Source: Paraspadella gotoi
Lineage: Eukaryota > Animalia > Chaetognatha
DNA length: 64,000 nucleotides
Assembly: GCA_051294375.1 (NCBI GenBank)
Contig: CM119271.1
Coordinates: 9,631,253-9,695,252, forward strand
Direction of reading: 5' to 3'
Part shown: positions 50,951 through 64,000 of the stretch, piece by piece
Layout: every line of letters begins with the position of its first letter
How positions within the stretch are numbered: the stretch's first letter is position 1
Position numbers and translations under genes: made by a program
The notes under the pieces: generated by a model
Told to the model about the DNA's origin: nothing
The model's database searches: none
What the model saw: the letters and a program-made list of their open reading frames with translations, nothing else

Positions 50951-53157
50951 AGTCTATTTTAGGAGAGATATATGGATGGAAGTGCAGGAGGGCGAATGGG
51001 AAAGGATGTTTATATACGCCGGTTGTTTATAATGAATATACTCTCCATCAATTAGCAAAAGAAATATAAAACTAAAATTCATTCAAATCCCATAATAAAT
51101 TCCAATGTTAATAGTACGTTATATTATCGACAAGGGGACTAAAAAATATTTAGCATCGTATTCATATCAGTCAAATAAATAAGATAATTAAAAATGTTCA
51201 AAATTCTAACTTGATTCGAATCACATTCACAAGGAACTATAAAATGCTTCAGTGCCTCTCCGCTCGGGATTCAGTTGCAGGATTTAATTCCCGAGTCATG
51301 TGTTCGATGCAATTAAGGTGGTTTCAATTTATCTAGATGTTTCTCAGTTTCGCCAGTCTTTTAGCTTCAGATTAAATGAAATATTATTATTTTATCTCGC
51401 GTCGCTTGTCATATTTGTTCGCACTGCGAATGAAGCTATCTCTGGTTCTGTACAGCGCGGTTGCGCGTTCTCGTATAACCGGTCTCTCCATGCCAACTTT
51501 CTGTAGGACGAGATGATTACATTGCTCACGGAAGATCTGGGCGGACAACGACGATGACTCGCACGACATGACGACGGTAGACGACGGATGACTTTTTATT
51601 GCCTTATTTCCCCCCCCCCAAAAAAAAAAGTAATAATTCTCATAGCTAACCTCACGAGACTAAATGCAATAACCGTCCGATGTTCAAACCCCTGGGGGGT
51701 CGCCATTTTCGCAACTGAACTCGTGACACTTATTGACACTCTGGCCATCACTGTGCGCTAACTGGAGGCTATCGGTTCTGCCAATTCTTTGCGTAAATTT
51801 GATCGTAGGTTTGGTTTCTTAAAAGGCTTGTTTACCTCATCCTGTCGGATCTCTTGCGTGAGGAATCGAGCCTCCTCTGACCCATCGAACACCACAAAAC
51901 TCACAGCGCAACAGCGAGCAACGAAAGGTCCGTCAGCTGCGGTCAAGCGAGGTTCTGGTCACGCATCCTATTTATTTTGGGTCCGCGAACTTGAAAACGA
52001 GTCGGGGACGCATGCAAAAATTGAAGGGGTTCTTACTCGTCGCCGTGTACGCTTTCAGCATGACAAATGTTTGCAAAACCTATTCTTCGCTTGAGACTTT
52101 TTTGTACAATTATCAAGATTCGTTCGAAAGAAATCTTAATTAATGAAAATACAATTCCTTTTTTCCCCGTATCTAATTGATTAGTTCCGTCCGTAAGTTC
52201 TATTGGTTAAAATGTCATTGACAATATGTCCTTAATATATGCTGGAGTGTGTACTTTGCAACACGCAGTAGATTATTAATTTGCCATATGAGGAGATGTA
52301 GGTTCACTTAATATATTATCGGGCTAGAAAGCAATACCAAAAACAGAACGATGCGGGACGAACGAGAACGAATGAAGGGACGACAATTTAAGAACGGACC
52401 GAAAAAAAGAAAACAATAAATATAATAGCGAAGAACTTAACTCAAAAATTCCCGGCCTTTTTTTTTCGAGAACGCCCCATTTTATCTCCATGTATTCGGA
52501 ATTGGGTAATTTTTTGAAGTTTCACAAAATTAGTTTGAAGAGTTTGGTTAGGAATTAAGGGTTAACGGCTTAGGCTTAATGATTAAGACTTAAATATTTA
52601 GGGTTACATGAATTAAGATAGGTTAGGAGATTTAGAGATTAGGTTAAGGTATCGTAGTTTATAAGCTTTTAAAAAAATATTAAGGTATACCAAAATAAAA
52701 TTTTCTGAAAAAAAAAAGAATAAGAAAGGGGCAACTCGTAGAAAAAAAGGAGTTAGCCACAAGAAAAATACATATGAATCTCAGGTCATGTTTGCCTGCA
52801 AATAAAACCAAGAAAGCCTTTCCGGCTTTTCTCTGTTTTCGGAGAGGAACTTTTGTTTTCCCTATAGTCGAAACCTGATGAGGACCAGGATGATGATGAA
52901 ATGATGATAGGATGAGGATGATGGATGAGATGATGATGATGATGATGATGAGTCAGGGATGATGANNNNNNNNNNNNNNNNNNNNNNNNNCATCATCATC
53001 ATCAACACCTCTGTCACCCTTCCCTCCCAAACTTAGTCCCTCTATCGACATCGGCGCAACTCCTCGATTCCTCCTGATTTAACTGCGTCTATAAAATCGC
53101 GGATTCTTTCTTAGCTTCTTTATTAGCTCTAGACTCTCTCTCTCTCTCTCTCTCTCT

Positions 53158-54245
53158 TCTTCTTAATCAAGTGAAAAACTCAATAATATAAGACGTTTTT
53201 CAGAGGCTTGTCTCTGTCTGCTGTTTTCTGTCGTCTGTCTGTTCTGTTGGCTGGTCTGTCTGGGTTATTGACCAGCACCAGGTCAGGTTTTTTTGAGCCA
53301 AAGAAATAAAGAATAAAAGAACAATGCAGCCAATGCAATGCAACTCGGTTAGCCCCACCCGGTTGGCGACTGAAGATCTCACGTTTATAGACGGGGTGAA
53401 CTTAAAGCAATGCCCGACTAAGACCCAACATTATTTGTTCACGCTCGTCCTTGCCACGCTCCCTTCCTTCCACGCCCTCTCCTGGCCACGTCCCCTCTTT
53501 GCCCACGCCCCCATTCCTTGCCACGCCCCCTCCTTTGCCACGCCCCCTTCCTTGACACGACCAACGCTACTCAGGGAACTCCGAAATTGCGGACGCGGTT
53601 TGGCAGTCGACGCCGAAAATTCACTCCGAGGGGAAAGTGTAAATGGGGCTACACGAAAATTCCATCAAAGTATCGAAAACTACAGGAGAGGGTACTAAAG
53701 TGAGCGGGATTGATTGATTGATTGATTTTATTGATTGATTGATTGATGATTGATTTGATTTGATTTGATTATAATCGATGCATGAATTATTGGGGATGAT
53801 AATGATAATGATTTGATGATGATGATGATGATGATGATGATTGATAATTAAATTGATGATTTATGATGATATATCCATTGCTGAATGATTGCTAGCGATT
53901 AGTGATGAAGAATGATAACGGTTTAAGAAATTGAATTAACCGATTTATATAACAAGCAAATTAAAAACAACAAAAAGTTATGCAAACACGAAACAACAGC
54001 GAACCGCAACAAAAACAAGTTTCCTGATTTGTTTTCCCTTCAGGACTACGTGACCGGACACGGACAGCTTCAGTTCGAGATCGATTTTCGTCCCCGAAGA
54101 ATTCAGTCCTTGGTTTTAAAATCCAAGAGAGTTGAAAGTGTTTACGTGAAAGGAGTTCGTTTTTGAAATGAAAGACCTTTTGAAACTAAAAGCTTAAGAA
54201 ATTAAACGGAAGTCTCTTATTGAATACGATATATTCATATTTTGA
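53158..54245 (+). other. Indel-rich direct duplicate of 26569-27597
   Basis: Collinear match including the minisatellite and the terminal BTB-gene exon, with frameshifting single-base indels. Confidence 0.92.
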
Positions 54246-54879
54246 AGAAATTAAAACAATTAAGCTACCTCGATTTATACTAACGTATTCAAAACAAAAA
54301 AGTCCACGCTATGCTCCCTGACAATTTTTTCGTTTCAAAAAACAAAAGGCGCTGGAATACTGGGCTTTGGTTGAACAAAAAAAAAAAATTTTTTTTGTTG
54401 TAAAAGCCTGTGAAATTTATCGATATAAAAGCTGAAGGCGGGAGAATCAATTGATTATCGTTTTTAAACGGAAAGAATTTCATTCAACGATAACTAATTC
54501 AGATAGAAGAGCGGATGGACGCGACAAATCTCACGAATCACGTTGATAAATTGTGACGCCCGTCGGTCCTCGCCTTGACCCATTTTTATTATTTATTCTT
54601 ATTGGCTTTTTTTTTTATGACGGCAAAATGTTGGTGAAAATAGAACCGGCACGTTTGACCGTTGCACCGCATGACTCAATTTGTACTCATAGTATATTAC
54701 TCACGAGAGGCATTGTAGGCTTATTTTTTTACTTCTCTGTCCGGAATTATGAGCTTTCGACCGTTAATGGAGTGTTGGAAAACTAAAATCGAAATGAGGT
54801 GGAAGTCGTGACGGAAATCGAGTCGCGCAGCTGCAAAATTTATTTCTCTTTCACGATTCTCTTTTTTTTTCTAATTTCT

Positions 54880-60910
<6,031 letters not shown>

Positions 60911-63460
60911 ACTGCTCAAACGAATTGTTTTTCTCGTTGTTATTTTGATTTTCGATTTTCGATCACAAATTTTTTCTCGTAATTTTCGATTCACATCGTC
61001 TTTCGCGAATCTGATTCTTTTCTTCTCGTCGCCTCGAAAGGTTTTTTTCACGGGTAAGTACAAACCTCACCTCTTTTCAAATCTAACCAATCTTTTTTTT
61101 GTGTCTCCTACCGATAATAAGCATCTGTAAACTACAGGGGATTTTTTTTATCGACCGTGTAAAAAGTACATCGCGTGCCGCTTTGTAATACAGTCCGACT
61201 TCGCTTGGAGTCAATCCGTTTTTCTCAACCTAAATCACCTCGAAAAATCACACCGGTTCGTTCACTGAATAGACCTTTCAAGCACATTTCACTGCTTGTA
61301 AAAAAAAGAGCCAATTCACAATCGATATCTACTTGAACGAGACGTCCGTCCGTTCGCAAATTCACTGCACCTTCACATAACTCACACCAGTCGAATCACT
61401 TCTAGTCGGATTGTGATCTCGTGATATTTTTTTCATCTCGTGAATTTGTTTTTTAAATTTCACCCAAAGAACTTTTTTCCGTGAATCAAGATTCGTCTTT
61501 GATTTGATAACTTCGTGAATCGTGATTCGTGAATAGTGAAAATCTTTCGTGTCGTGGTACTGATTTCTTCTTCTTATTCCTTTTTTTTCTTCCTTTCTTA
61601 TCTTTTTCAGTCTAAAACCTTTTTGTTATTCTCAAATTCTCAGACATAAAAAATCACGTTCGATCAAAACCCACTTAAAAAAGGAAAAACAAATAGAAAA
61701 AGAAAACAACGAACTTGGTGCCAAAACAAAAACCCAAAAAAAAAACTAACGTTTAAGGGTTTGCCTGCTTTAATTAGGAGGTATCAACTAACGAGCAAAT
61801 TATATAAACACCCCGGTTGATTTTATTAAAAAATTGATAATGATATAATTCCTATTACAAGCGCTGGTTGAAAATGCGATGAAAAATACTTTATTCCAGN
61901 NNNNNNNNNNNNNNNNNNNNNNNNNNNNNNNNNNNNNNNNNNNNNNNNNNNNNNNNNNNNNNNNNNNNNNNNNNNNNNNNNNNNNNNNNNNNNNNNNNNN
62001 NNNNNNNNNNNNNNNNNNNNNNNNNNNNNNNNNNNNNNNNNNNNNNNNNNNNNNNNNNNNNNNNNNNNNNNNNNNNNNNNNNNNNNNNNNNNNNNNNNNN
62101 NNNNNNNNNNNNNNNNNNNNNNNNNNNNNNNNNNNNNNNNNNNNNNNNNNNNNNNNNNNNNNNNNNNNNNNNNNNNNNNNNNNNNNNNNNNNNAAGGACG
62201 CTTCCTATCCTCTTTTACTCTCCTTCTTCCTCTTTTCTTTTATTCTCTTTCATCCTCTCTCCTGCTTTCTTCTTTTCTTTCTTTTCTTCCTCTCTTCATT
62301 TTCCTTTCTTCCTCTCTCTTCTTCTCTTCTTTTCCTCTCTTTCTTCCTCTCTTCTTTTCTTCTCTTTCATCCTCTCTCCTGCTTTCTTCTTTTCTTTCTT
62401 TTCTTCCTCTCTTCATTTTTCTTTCTTAGGCAATGCCCGACTACAGCTCTCTTCTTCTCTTCTTTTCCTCTCTTTCTTTTTTTCTTCTTTTCCTTTCTTT
62501 TTTTCTTTTTTTTCATCTCTATTCCTCCTCTTCATCTCCTTTTTTTTACTTTCTCTCTCATCCTATCTCCTTTTCCTTTATTTTTCTTCTATTCCTTCTT
62601 TTCTTTGTTCCAATATTTTTCTGTCTTTTTTCCCTTTCTTTCTCGTTATCTGTTTTAATTTTTTCCTATCTCTATTTTGCCCTTTCTCTCCTTTCTTTTT
62701 TCTTCTTCTTTTCTCTCGTTTATTCATTCATTCATTCATTCACTTCTTCATTCTCTTAAACTCATTTATGTTTTTATACTTATATTTTCACCTTTTTTCG
62801 ATTTTTCACTTTTTTGCTGCCCCCAGTTTTTCATTTTCTTTTAACCCCATCGACCCTTTTTTCCCCCCTTCTCCTTTTACCCTATTTCCTCATCCACTTT
62901 CTTTCCTTCTTTTTTTAATCCCGACTTTTAACCATTTTTTTTTTTTTGCTTTTAAATTTTTCTCTTTTCTTTTATTCTTTGTTTTACTTTCTATCTCCGG
63001 ATTTCGACCTCCGACGTGGTTCCTTCCTTTCTTTCCTTTCTCTAACCTACTCTTTTCTTTTTCTATTCTACTAATTGTTTTATTTAACCTACTCTTTCCT
63101 TTTTTAACCTTCTTTTTTCTCCGTTTCTTTCCTTTCCTTGTTTTACTATCTCCTTTTTCTATCTTACTCTTTCATTTATATCTCTCTTACCTGTCATTTT
63201 TCTATTCCAATCTTTATTTTTTATTATAATCTTTTATTTTTCATACTACTTTTTTTTTCTATCCTACTCTTCCCTTTTTCTATCCTACTACTCTCTTTTT
63301 CTATCCTTCTCCCTAAACGCCTTTCTCAATTTCTTCCTTCCCTCATCNNNNNNNNNNNNNNNNNNNNNNNNNNNNNNNNNNNNNNNNNNNNNNNNNNNNN
63401 NNNNNNNNNNNNNNNNNNNNNNNNNNNNNNNNNTCTCTCTCTCCCTCTTTCTTCCGATAA

Positions 63461-63605
63461 GAATGATTCTCCCGAATCTTTTATGGTTCTTTATGATGCG
63501 AAGGCCTCTGATGTGGCGCTGGAGAAAAGTTGGGGAGGCTGGGGTTGAGACGCTGCGGCTGGGGTTGAGAGACAAAGCGGCTGGGGTCCCAGGCTGGTGC
63601 TGCGG
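63461..63605 (+). CDS. Isolated exon-like fragment between gaps
   Basis: Pyrimidine tract plus AAG, then NDSPESFMVLYDAKASDVALEK.., GC-rich; family unknown. Confidence 0.3.
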
Positions 63606-64000
63606 TTTGTTTTTTCACTNNNNNNNNNNNNNNNNNNNNNNNNNNNNNNNNNNNNNNNNNNNNNNNNNNNNNNNNNNNNNNNNNNNNNNNNNNNNNNNNN
63701 NNNNNNNNNNNNNNNNNNNNNNNNNNNNNNNNNNNNNNNNNNNNNNNNNNNNNNNNNNNNNNNNNNNNNNNNNNNNNNNNNNNNNNNNNNNNNNNNNNNN
63801 NNNNNNNNNNNNNNNNNNNNNNNNNNNNNNNNNNNNNNNNNNNNNNNNNNNNNNNNNNNNNNNNNNNNNNNNNNNNNNNNNNNNNTTTTTTTTCTTAAAG
63901 TGAAAATTAATCGTTGGAATTTTTTGTTTTTCATTTTTTTCTGAGATCCGTTTTCGGTTAAAGATTCGAATGGAGAAAGAGAGAACTCATTGTAAAAAAA

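Noticed and set aside
46140-52965. Additional genes in this interval
   Set aside because: The sequence looks like low-accuracy read fill; only short low-complexity ORFs, nothing supportable
53990-54120. Pseudogenised paralog of the BTB gene's last exon
   Set aside because: Frameshifts are of long-read indel type and the copy overlaps the contig end at 27597; likely a redundant read
63463-63605. Carotenoid-oxygenase-like 'SFMVLYDAK' motif
   Set aside because: Too short, frameshifted and gap-bounded; the expected downstream FHG motif is absent

Overview
Eukaryotic (invertebrate-like metazoan) draft genome sequence with AT-rich, microsatellite-dense introns and CpG-rich exons. The clean left part (1-27.6 kb) holds an 8-exon PICK1 gene (+, 3596-7860; PDZ plus BAR/arfaptin domain, acidic tail). 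It is followed by a roughly 16-exon + strand gene (8772-27476) for a BTB-BACK protein with a C-terminal MATH-like domain. That gene's introns carry a hAT-type foldback element (8-bp TSD, telomere-like core), a TA-flanked MITE and Helentron-associated (HINE/DINE-1-like) elements. PICK1 intron 1 carries a tRNA-Val-like SINE head. The right part (27.6-61 kb) is mostly three indel-riddled versions of one ~7-kb locus containing an unidentified minus-strand spliced gene, separated by 25-N spacers and by patternless sequence, which most likely reflects long-read gap-filling artefact. The most interesting signal is the splicing architecture: exons are repeatedly bracketed by C/CT-rich upstream and G/GA-rich downstream tracts, alongside weak or non-canonical splice sites (AAG/GAG acceptors, apparent GC and GG donors). 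All calls were made by eye, with no database search.
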